64,000 nt of DNA. It comes from Lingula anatina. Lineage: Eukaryota > Animalia > Brachiopoda. The stretch spans positions 47,374,401 to 47,438,400 of the forward strand of contig CM120641.1 in NCBI GenBank assembly GCA_051362555.1, in the 5' to 3' direction. Below the pieces are notes generated by a model. The model saw nothing but the letters and a program-made list of their open reading frames with translations. It searched no databases and was not told the DNA's origin. Below, piece by piece: positions 1-10,617 of the stretch (positions are counted from its first letter, which is position 1; every line of letters starts with the position of its first letter). A program made the translations under genes and the position numbers.

Positions 1-880
1 AAATGACTACAGACTTCTTCTTAAGTGGAACGATTCAACATAAAAAGATTTGTAAACTCGAACTTGTGTCTTTTTTCAAAATGCTTCATGTATGTTACAC
101 TTAAGTTATTTACTTGCAAAGATAACTATTTTGTCGTTGCCAAGTATGAAGAGGGATCAGGTCAGGTCCAGTTACATGTACGAGTACCGATCGGTGTCTC
201 TGATATCTTGATACGTTTCTACAGTAATTCAACAGCCATAAAGAGACAGGTGAAGCGCGCTTGCCAAATATGACACCGGCATGTTTTGCCACAGGTGTCA
301 TTCCCGTCACTCATGGGTCAATAGCCATTCTACGATGGCCTGTAAGCACTGTACAAGCAAGTCACTATATAAGCAACTGAAAAAAATCCAATGGTTAAAG
401 TAGCAGACTTTTTGTTCTTGCTCATGATTTTTCTTTGATGTAAAGCTACTCATAAATACAACAGTTTCAGTCTCAACTCTTTTTTTTTCTCGTGAGAAAC
501 TTTGAGTTTATGTAAAAAAAAAAACAAAACAAAAAACATTTCATTAGTTTAGTAGGTACGTGTTAAGTTTTTTCTAAGTTTGTGACAAAAGAGCTTTGAA
601 TATTTGCAGAGTTAGACACATATTTGGGCAAGAATGAATTACAGAATTATTTGAGAGAACCAAAACAGGCACGTACATGTACCACAGATCGCTCAGAATT
701 CAACAAATGGAATGCCTAAAGATGCTGAGTTACGCCAAGGGGTCGTTACGAGCCATCGTACGATTGGTGTCTTCCACACGTTTTTAATTTGCATTACACA
801 AACGTACCATCCAAAGATTTTAACACGGTGACACAGATCTTTGCATTGTTAACAGCATAATGGGCAAGTTAAATGACCAG

Positions 881-1453
881 TTAATTGGCCAAGCTGCCAG
901 TTTGTTTGTATGGCATGTGCAGGCACATATTATGATACTTACAGGTGTGGCAAATGAGATAAACTTGTAATTTGTAAAAATACATCTGAGGATGATACTT
1001 TTAAAGATGTTTAATGTTTAAAGAAAAGACATGTAGATTGATTTAGTAACATTTACTATATACATTTGAGGATGATACTTTTAAAGATGTTTAATGTTTA
1101 AAGAAAAGACATGTAGATTGATTTAGTAACATTTACTAAAGAAATGTTAAATTAAAGGTTGGCTCCATTTGTTAGTGCGTTATTTTAGTTATCTAGATTT
1201 TATACAGATTATAGGAAAAAATCTGCCCTTTAATGTTTTGTTGACCTTTTGGAAAAATCTCTGCATTTTCTTAATGATAAATTACAAAGAAAGGTGTGAA
1301 TTAATAGTAAAACTTTGCTCTATTATCATCCTCAGATATATTTTACAAATCACAGGTAATGAAGTACAAGTATATCTCATTTGCCACACCTGTAAGTATC
1401 ATAATATGTGCCTGCACATGTCATACAAACAAACTGGCAGCTTGACCAATTAA
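881..1453. mobile_element. Foldback/MITE-like element with 89-bp terminal inverted repeats and an internal 80-bp direct duplication
   Basis: 881-969 is the reverse complement of 1365-1453 (3 mismatches by eye) and both ends terminate in TTAA. The direct repeat 981-1058/1061-1138 lies inside. Confidence 0.7.
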
Positions 1454-2399
1454 AGAATCTAAAGAAGATCGATCTAATCTCTGGAAATGGGGTCATAGGG
1501 TCTGGGCTTTTCATGCATAGGACTAGATTTGGTCCGGGCCTTTGACATATCCATTGTACACATGTCATTCGTCTGCTACCCGTACTGTCAAGAATAGGAT
1601 TGTGACATGCGGGCAACGTTACATGAAGTCTGTGCATCACTACGGGCACCAGAAAAAGACATTCAAATAGATTCATATTTCACAGTATGGGTTGGTGCAA
1701 ATGATCTGACAATCATATTATAAAATTTTCAACATTTTTTAAAAGCCTCATTTTCCTAAAATATCCTGTTGAACTGTTAGAGGAATTAAACTTTCAAATA
1801 CTTAATTTTTTGGCAACACGATATATAACAGATTAATGTTCAGATTCTTTATTGATAAACACATACACATAGGCCTACAATTAAGGTACAATCAATGTGA
1901 GTACAACTAACTATAACAGGGCACAAACAAATGAATAAATAGATGATCATGTTTATATTTATATGTTTATATTTTTTTATATATACTAGCCCCCCATCTC
2001 CCCCCAAAAAGTTTTATGGTATCTGTGAAGCACGTACCCCATTCCTGTGACTCGTGAATTTCGCTTGTTATTCTCCAGTCTTCGTTAAACGAAGTCATTA
2101 CACCCAGCAATTCGTAATTTTCAGGATTATCGAGGGGCATAGTCAGTGAGATGTGAATAAAGTTTTAAGTTTACTATGATCTGTGAATTGATGATTTTAT
2201 TTTGCGTGAACTGTGATCACCCCCCCCCCCCCCCCCCAACGTTAGGCCTATGTTGCGCATAATGTACGTGACTTTGCAAATGTCAGAGTTATCAGTGCCA
2301 GTACTAAACAACTGACGTTCAATGTTGGTCACGTTTGCAAAGCGACTGCTATTTTTATTGTAAACTGTCCGAACTACTGTTCAGTTCCCCTAAAAATAT

Positions 2400-3200
2400 T
2401 TCTTTTATCAGAGTCAGTGGGAATCCTGGCCTCGTTCGCAGATGGAAACACCCATGATCTAAAAATAGATGCAAATGGCGTTGGTCGGAAGTGAGCACAA
2501 CACGCGGGACTAGGCAAGTGAGGTGTACCATGTACGCATATTTTTCAATAGAGCGGTATAATTTATTGAGAAGATATTATTGCAAATGTTTAAAGGATAC
2601 TGAATTCCATGCACTGACGTTCATATTACATATTTTAGTGTTATAATTCCATGCATTTCGCTTTGATTTAAGCCGGATTCACCCTGGTCAATATTTTAAC
2701 AGTTCAAACTCCATTCCCATAAAGCACTTTATCAACACGCGAGTTCTAACTAACATCACATAGAGCAAAAAGTGTTACTGTGCAAGTGTAAATGTCTCGG
2801 GGAGAGGGGTGTTTTCATTGCATCAGTACCATGCAGCTATCGTCTTGTGAGTCATGGCCGTTGATATATTTTTGTTTAAGTCCACGTCAGCCTTGATTCT
2901 TGCAGGAAAACGTGTTGGTATTTAATTTGATGACCGCTTCTACGCCGATCGCAGAGTTGTGAATTTGCTCCTTTAGAATCTGTTAAGAAATTGAGCAGAA
3001 TGTGACGTGATCCTGTTAGCTCGTGCTCTGTACGGTACATGTGCAATAGTCTACAGTATAATCTGCGCGTTCTTTCTGTACATGTACGTAATAAGATAAA
3101 GGACTGGCAAGCACACTTAAAGTGAAAGCATTTTAAGTGTAGACTAAAATCTTAATTGTTAGTAATAATAGGTAAGTGTAAGGACCACCTTGTGCATGTG
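2400..3200 (+). promoter_or_regulatory. Probable erlin promoter and 5' non-coding exon region
   Basis: CpG-enriched relative to the flanks. YY1-like caaatggcg (2472), ETS-like cggaagtg (2486), ccacgtca (2882) and tgacgtga (3003). Candidate donors at 2518 (gtgagg) and 3172 (gtaagt), and acceptor ttttctag at 3511-3518 just upstream of the ATG. Confidence 0.45.
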
Positions 3201-3538
3201 GAACAGGTGTGAGTTACTACTTTATTTTCTGTCTACATACAAGTGTATATGTAATTTCCTCCCCTGATAATACTACTAGTACTTGGGTTATGTCTGACAC
3301 TAAGACAGTGTTGGATATGATTTTAATAACATCTGTTACTCATTGCTTTTGTTCACAAAATATATCTAAAGGTGTTTGCTTGTGCTCCATCTTTAAAAAA
3401 CGGGAACACCTAGAAAACTGTTAAACACTGAAGCAGCGGCAAATTACATGAAGTCTGTACCATTGTAATTACTGCATATTTTGGACCTTTTATCATGCTT
3501 CATTTAAATTTTTTCTAGTTTAGTGTAGTGTTTCCACC

Positions 3539-6500
3539 ATGTCTGCTGCCACCATCGCTGCCGTAGGTCTGGCCTTGACAGGGGTGATGATGAATTTTGC
3601 CATCCACAGGATAGAGGAAGGTGAGTATAGTATGGGGACAGGTAGATGGATGACATAGCTTTTTAGATTGATCTGTAAGCTCATTTGTGATGGCTTAAAT
3701 TGATTGTGATTGATGATATGATTGTAAATTCTAACGATATTCTGCAGAGATAATATGTACCAAGTTAAGCTACAGCCTTAAGTTATCTGGAGTTTTTTAT
3801 ACACTGTTAAATATGTTTAGAATGAGATATGACATCTCCACAGAGAGTGACATGCCCTGATGTATTGTATATGTTTTAGTAATGAAGGGCACTTTTATTA
3901 AATGGGAATTATATGAATGTTCTAGTGTTATGAATTATTTGTATTTCATTTATTGCAGAAAATGTCATAAACATATTTGATGATGGTATCAATTGTCACC
4001 ATTTCAGGTCACGTTGGTGTATATTACAGGGTGAGTAAACGTTACGTCGTGTGTGCACATCACAGGGCGAGTGCAGACAGCAATTTCTCTTGATAAAGTG
4101 GACTAGTAGTGGCATAGCGCATAGATAAGATTATTACTATACTAAAGCTGCTAAACGATAATTAATTACCCCTTAGCAACTTCCGTAGGTATGACAGAAA
4201 TCTAAGCTGCTAAAGTTGCGAAATTCCTCTTGGAGATAAATCGATCCCAACTTAGTACGATAAGGTCTGGGAGTGGTCCCTAACAGTTATGGCTAATATT
4301 GTGCAACTTTAAAGTATTAGAGTAAATAAAGGAGTGAAAATAAAGGTGTGTTGCTCTGATCCCTGCAACCTGTCTAGACTGTGTCAGGTGTTATCATTAA
4401 ATCATGTTTTACCACTTGTTCTATACTGTCTCATCAGAGTAATTCTGGATCCTCAGAAAACTCTTTACAAGGAATTCATCTGATGCTACTGTACTACAAT
4501 GAATTGAGCAAATCATACAAGGAAGCTAGTTCAGCATTTCATTTACGAACCATTATTTTGAGCATGCTTTGTCTACATGTTAACAATGCTTACAAACATT
4601 CTGCTCCTTTTTTATTGTTGAATGCTCCAATTGCAAACGATAGAATCTTTTTGATAAAGGAAATGCTTATCTTCATTGAATTCTATTCTGCTGAAACTAG
4701 TTATCACAGTGAGGTGTGTTGTTATAGATATTATTTTCCCAATTAAAATGGAAAATTGAATTTTATTTTTGTCATAAGATCACCTACTCATTTCTTCCTA
4801 CATGTACATTTTTCACAGAACACAATATTATGTCTGCTTGTATGAATTTCCATTTTCATTCTGCCATTTATTCCATCTTGATAAATGGGAGTTTTGTTAG
4901 ATGTATTTTGATGAATAAAACAGCCCTGTGTTAATTACCGTATATATATTATATCTCCAGGGTGGTGCCTTGCTGTCAACCACCAGTGGTCCCGGGTACC
5001 ACATCATGTTAATATCTGTCTATATATTATATCTCCAGGGTGGTGCCTTGCTGTCAGCCACCAGTGGTCCCGGGTACCACATCATGTTAATATCTGTCTA
5101 TATATTATATCTCCAGGGTGGTGCCTTGCTGTCAGCCACCAGTGGTCCCGGGTACCACGTCATGTTAATATCTGTCTATATATTATATCTCCAGGGTGGT
5201 GCCTTGCTGTCAGCCACCAGTGGTCCTGGGTACCACATCATGTTAATATCTGTCTATATATTATATCTCCAGGGTGGTGCCTTGCTGTCAGCCACCAGTG
5301 GTCCTGGGTACCACATCATGTTAATATCTGTCTATATATTATATCTCCAGGGTGGTGCCTTGCTGTCAGCCACCAGTGGTCCTGGGTACCACATCATGTT
5401 AATATCTGTCTATATATTATATCTCCAGGGTGGTGCCTTGCTGTCAGCCACCAGTGGTCCTGGGTACCACATCATGTTAATATCTGTCTATATATTATAT
5501 CTCCAGGGTGGTGCCTTGCTGTCAGCCACCAGTGGTCCTGGGTACCACATCATGTTAATATCTGTCTATATATTATATCTCCAGGGTGGTGCCTTGCTGT
5601 CAGCCACCAGTGGTCCTGGGTACCACATCATGTTAATATCTGTCTATATATTATATCTCCAGGGTGGTGCCTTGCTGTCAGCCACCAGTGGTCCTGGGTA
5701 CCACATCATGTTAATGTCTGTCTATATATTATATCTCCAGGGTGGTGCCTTGCTGTCAGCCACCAGTGGTCCTGGGTACCACATCATGTTAATATCTGTC
5801 TATATATTATATCTCCAGGGTGGCGCCTTGCTGTCAGCCACCAGTGGTCCTGGGTACCACATCATGTTAATATCTGTCTATATATTATATCTCCAGGGTG
5901 GCGCCTTGCTGTCAGCCACCAGTGGTCCTGGGTACCACATCATGTTAATATCTGTCTATATATTATATCTCCAGGGTGGCGCCTTGCTGTCAGCCACCAG
6001 TGGTCCTGGGTACCACATCATGTTAATATCTGTCTGTATATTATATCTCCAGGGTGGCGCCTTGCTGTCAGCCACCAGTGGTCCTGGGTACCACATCATG
6101 TTAATATCTGTCTATATATTATATCTCCAGGGTGGTGCCTTGCTGTCAGCCACCAGTGGTCCTGGGTACCACATCATGTTAATATCTGTCTATATATTAT
6201 ATCTCCAGGGTGGTGCCTTGCTGTCAGCCACCAGTGGTCCTGGGTACCACATCATGGTGCCATTCATCACCACATTCAGAAGTGTGCAGACAACACTGCA
6301 AACTGACGAGGTGAAAAATGTGCCTTGTGGAACCAGGTATGTACTACTGAATGTTAGATTCTGTTCTAATCCTTTCCATTCCATTCCATATGGACTTGAT
6401 TTTTTAAAGGTGGAAAATGATAAGATCAAATTAAACATTAAATTGATCAGTAAATGTAGGGTAACAAGTTGTTTGTTCATACCAAGAAAAGTATAAATAA

Positions 6501-9500
6501 AATATTTGCATATAGATAGTTGCCAAGGTTGGCAATAGTTTTGAAAAGTTTTCCACAACAGGAAAAGTCTGTGCTCCAATGATCACTGATATTATTAAAG
6601 TTTTAATCTTCCTTTTCAGTGGAGGTTTCACAATTTATTTTTCTTTCCCTTCAGTGGGGGTGTCATGATTTTTTTCCCTTTCAGTGGGGCTGTCATGATT
6701 TATTTTTTCTTCCCTTTCAGTGGGGGTGTCATGATTTATTTTTTCTTCCCTTTCAGTGGGGGTGTCATGATTTATTTTGACAGAATTGAAGTTGTTAATA
6801 TCTTACAACAAACTGCAGGTAAGGGACATAATTTTATATAGCAAATTTTTGATGCAATAATAACAATTGAAATTAAGATATAATTGCAGACAAAAGTAAT
6901 TTTGACAAGATTGTCCTTATAAAATAATGATAGGTGTTTTATGCTGTTTTGATATTATTCATATTTTCATGTTACAATTTTTTTCTTTTGTCAGTTTCTG
7001 AAATAGTCAAAAACTACACGGCAGACTACGACAAGACGTTAATCTATAATAAAGTTCACCATGAACTCAACCAGTTTTGTAGTGTCCATACCCTTCAGGA
7101 AGTTTACATAGATTTATTTGGTGAGAATGATTTATTTAATTTCTCTTATTTCTGAAAATGATTTCACATGGGTTTTCTATTTCTGAATCACAGAAATATA
7201 TGCAAGTTTATATTTTTTTCATCTTTAGATAGCCATTTGTAAAATCTTTGGATTTTGTGTATTATGATTTTAAGAAGCTCTGGGTCTGCTTGTACTAGGG
7301 CAAAAGAGAGATGTTTTCACTAGATATTAGCAGGTATTTCTCTGGCTTATTCTGTGCCCATTTTCAACTTGAATTTTTGCGTAGAAATGTGTCAGCTGAC
7401 AGCTGGCATCTGATAGAGAGTAGTCCACGGCAGTCATAGGAGAATACCCTCAGCTGTGTTATGTTATCTCCTGAATAGAGGCTATGAGAGCATTCACATC
7501 AAGAAGAGCCCGAGGTCTGAGACCTAAATATGGCGGACCTACATGAAAGGATGACTGCATAGACCTTTAATAGTCTCTCAATGAATGTAAATGCTAGACC
7601 TCGGCTCTTCTCGATGTGAATGCTCTCTATATTCACCTGGATAGCCTCATTCACTGATGAAGATGCTCTAACAAAAAAAGAAATATTGGAGGCAAACAAT
7701 TTCATAATTAGCTGATTGAAGAAAAAATGACTATTTTAGTCTGTGACATTGTTTTCTTAAATCATTGCAGACCAAATTGATGAGAATTTGAAAGTGGCTC
7801 TGCAGGCGGACCTCAATGTCATGGCGCCAGGGCTGAAGGTGCAGGCAGTCAGGGTGACGAAGCCAAAAATCCCAGAACAGATTCGGAAGAACTACGAAAG
7901 CATGTGAGTTACAATCTAAAACCAAGGGCAAAATTATGATGCACTACTTTCTTTGATATTTTGTGGAATTTTTTATCCTTGTTGTAGCTTCAAAATCTAT
8001 TATGTACAATGATACAAATTAATAAGATTTTTAATGTCAGGCTGGCAAGTGGGAGTATCTGTTCTTGAATATCTAATATCAAAACTTGTGATTTCTTGCT
8101 GTAGTTTTTGTATCTTGATGAACACTGACTTCACACTATTCCAGGGAGGGTGAAAAAACAAAACTCTTAATTGCCAAGGAGAAGCAGAAAGTTATAGAAA
8201 AAGAAGCAGAGACAGAGAGACTAAAAGCTGTGATTGGTTAGTGGAATATTTAGTATCTGGAAAAGTTTGAAGCTGTAATCATTGAATAAAATTATTGCCC
8301 AGACTTACAGCCAGTAGAGACATGCCTATGGCCAGCAATTTAATATTTTTTTTTTCTGGAAAAAGTGGGTCTATTGCCCCCCCCCCCCCCCCTCCCCCTT
8401 GATAACTTTAAAAAAATAGCATAAAACCTAGATGGAATATTGATTCAGAGTGGACCTTTTTTTTTTTTTTTACCAAAAGTGTGGTTCTTTCAACCCCTGA
8501 ACCTCTCCCTGCTTACAGGCCTGAAGAAAGAATGTCTGTGTTTTTTTCATTGTTTTGATCAATTAAATGATAGTTGTTTGACGCAGACTGGTTCTTGCAA
8601 AATTCTATGCAGAATTGAAAATTCTGATGCTTGGGGAAGTAATTATTTGATGAAATCAGGTGTTAAAACTCACCTCAAGTGTTGTCTGTTAAAGCTGTAT
8701 CCAGAAGGAATGTCTCAACTGGAATGTTGATCTGTTAAGAATGTTATAATATTTAAGCCAGAGACATTTATTCTTTAACTTTACATAAAGTTAACAATAT
8801 TCTGTTCAATTAAATATTCTGGTATCAGGACAATTCCCCCCCGGACAATTCCCCCCCAGGACAATTCCCCCCCGGACGATTCCCCCCCCCCCCAATTATA
8901 TATATTTATATTCAAATATAAAGTAAAGAGTACAAAGTTCAAATCTTTTTATCCATTTTCTGAATATTTCTTAGTGTGATGATGCAACTGGAGGATAAAT
9001 AATATTAATTTCATTAAACAAATTACTTTAATGGAGAAGTACAGAACATTTTATTAAAAATCTGATCAAAGTATATCTCCAGGTAAAGGAGGGGTACACA
9101 GATGTTCTCACTCATCCAGGTAACCCTTTGATGAATTAACTGTTACTTTTAATTGCTTAATTACCCTCCCCCCTTGATTAAGTAAGTCTTGAATCAAGGT
9201 GCACCTCTAGATAGAGGTGGGGTAAACAGATTTTCTCGCTTATCCAGGTATCCCTTTGACTATTTGTCACTTTTAATTGCTTGACCATTATCCACCACCC
9301 ACCACACTAAAAATAATCATAAAATATCTGTTTACCTGTTCATCTGTTTACCCCACCTTTACCTGAAGGATAGGTGGTTATACTTTGATTAGATATTTAA
9401 TCAATCTTTCTGTACTTGTACTCAATGAAAAAGGACTTTGTTATAAAATAATTTGTTTCATGATGAAGCTGTATTTTCACACTAAAAATATCAATAAAAA

Positions 9501-10617
9501 GGAAGAAATTTTTTTAACTTTACACTTTCTACTTTATATTTGTATATAAATGTATATTTCTTGGGGGGGAATCGTCCGGGGGGGATTGTCCTGGGGGGGA
9601 ATAGTCCGGGGGGGAATTGTCCGGGGGGGAATTGTCCTAGAATCGAAAGTGTTTCATACATGTATGTCCTATAATGGTATTGTCACTTTGCATTTTCAGA
9701 GGCAGAAAAACTTGCTCAGGTGTCAAAAATTCAATGGCAGCAAAAAATAACAGAGAAAGAGTCCCAGAAGAAGATTTCAGAGATAGAAGGTAGACTTTGC
9801 AGACATATAGTCATTCTTGAGTGTAACAGCTAACACATATGTAATTACTCCTAAGTGTATTGTTAGAATGGTTTTACAAAAGCCATGTGATTGATTTATA
9901 GATAAATGTAATTGATTTATATTTTGGAAGAGATACTTGTTTATTTTGCAGACCAGACCCATCTTGCCAAGGAAAGGGCTATGGCAGATGCAACATTTTA
10001 TGCAGCTCAGAAAGAAGCAGAAGCTAACAAAGTAAGACATGTTTTATTTCGGGCTTTGGCTTTCTGTATAAAAATTTATTTAGTAATCAATCTCTCATAA
10101 TCATTTATTTCATAAGAAGGTTGCAGGGTGGATCAGTCGAGAGTTGGTAAACAAGAAAATGTAGATTAAAATTTTAATGATGGAGCACTTAACCTGAACA
10201 TCTTGTTTGATTTGGTGATAACCAGATTATGCTAAGGTCCCATTCAGAATAGGGGACTAACTAGTTCGAGGGCCAAATATGGCCGACCCACTTGAATACT
10301 TCACCATGGGATATCTATTCAGTGTCTGTTAGCAGATTAGATGGCAAGCTTTGTAGTAGGTCGCCATATTCGACCCTTGGACTAGTTGGTCCCCTATTCT
10401 GAATAGGGCCTAAAAAGTGTTTGGTCACTAGTTTTCTTTGTTAATGTTTTAGTTGAAGCTAACAAAGGAATATTTGGAGCTGATGAAATACAAAGCTCTG
10501 ACCACCAATACCAAGGTGTTCTTTGGTACAGATATCCCCAGTATGTTCCTGGAGCCCACTGGATCCGGGGCCACAGTGGCTGCTGCCTCTGCTCAGGGGG
10601 AGAAGAAGGGTAATTAA
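3539..10617 (+). CDS. ERLIN: Erlin (ER lipid raft-associated SPFH-domain protein, ERLIN1/2 orthologue), 10 coding exons, about 326 aa
   Basis: Exons with GT-AG ends and matching phases: 3539-3620 (ccaccATG; [28 protein letters not shown]), 4008-4030 (HVGVYYR), 6209-6336 ([42 protein letters not shown]), 6757-6818 ([14 protein letters not shown]), 6995-7120 ([24 protein letters not shown]), 7771-7903 ([19 protein letters not shown]), 8145-8236, 9700-9789, 9952-10031, 10453-10617 ([12 protein letters not shown]). Sum 981 nt. The peptides match vertebrate erlins from memory almost residue for residue. The acceptors of exons 3 and 4 are taken as the last copy of each tandem array. Confidence 0.96.
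4929..6256 (+). repeat. 17 x 78-bp tandem array of the erlin intron-2/exon-3 boundary
   Basis: Unit ttaatatctgtctatatattatatctccag|ggtggtgccttgctgtcagccaccagtggtcctgggtaccacatcatg. Acceptor AGs end at 4960, 5038 ... 6208, a period of exactly 78. Confidence 0.98.
6606..6778 (+). repeat. 5 x 30-36-bp tandem array of the erlin intron-3/exon-4 boundary
   Basis: Unit ttttcttccctttcag|tgggggtgtcatgatttatt. AGs end at 6619, 6654, 6684, 6720 and 6756. Confidence 0.93.
7486..7627. mobile_element. Short MITE, PIF/Harbinger (Tourist)-like
   Basis: About 32-bp TIRs gagagcattcacatcaagaagagcccgaggtct / agacctcggctcttctcgatgtgaatgctctc, flanked on both sides by TAT (3-bp TSD). Confidence 0.75.
8821..9644. 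mobile_element. Foldback-type non-autonomous DNA transposon in erlin intron 7
   Basis: The left end has 4 copies of a 15-bp ggacaattccccccc unit and the right end has 5 reverse-complement copies. Imperfect inverted similarity continues roughly 280 bp inward. No TSD recognised. Confidence 0.85.
10236..10410. mobile_element. MITE, PIF/Harbinger (Tourist)-like
   Basis: About 50-bp imperfect TIRs ggtcccattcagaataggggactaactagt / actagttggtcccctattctgaatagggcc, flanked by TAA on both sides. Confidence 0.8.

Noticed and set aside
4960-6256. Intron gain by AGGT duplication or recursive splicing in the 78-bp array
   Set aside because: The acceptor is followed by GG, not GT, and I found no donor/acceptor pair in the unit that would restore the exon precisely.
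4928-6496. 522-aa repeat ORF as a stand-alone novel membrane protein gene
   Set aside because: It starts at GTG inside an erlin intron and runs through the exon-3 donor. It is explained by the acceptor array, and could be coding only through alternative splicing.
10020-10467. gaagctaacaaag shared by the end of erlin exon 9 and the start of exon 10
   Set aside because: It is read in different frames encoding conserved residues (EANK, KLTK), so it is likely coincidence rather than a sixth boundary duplication.
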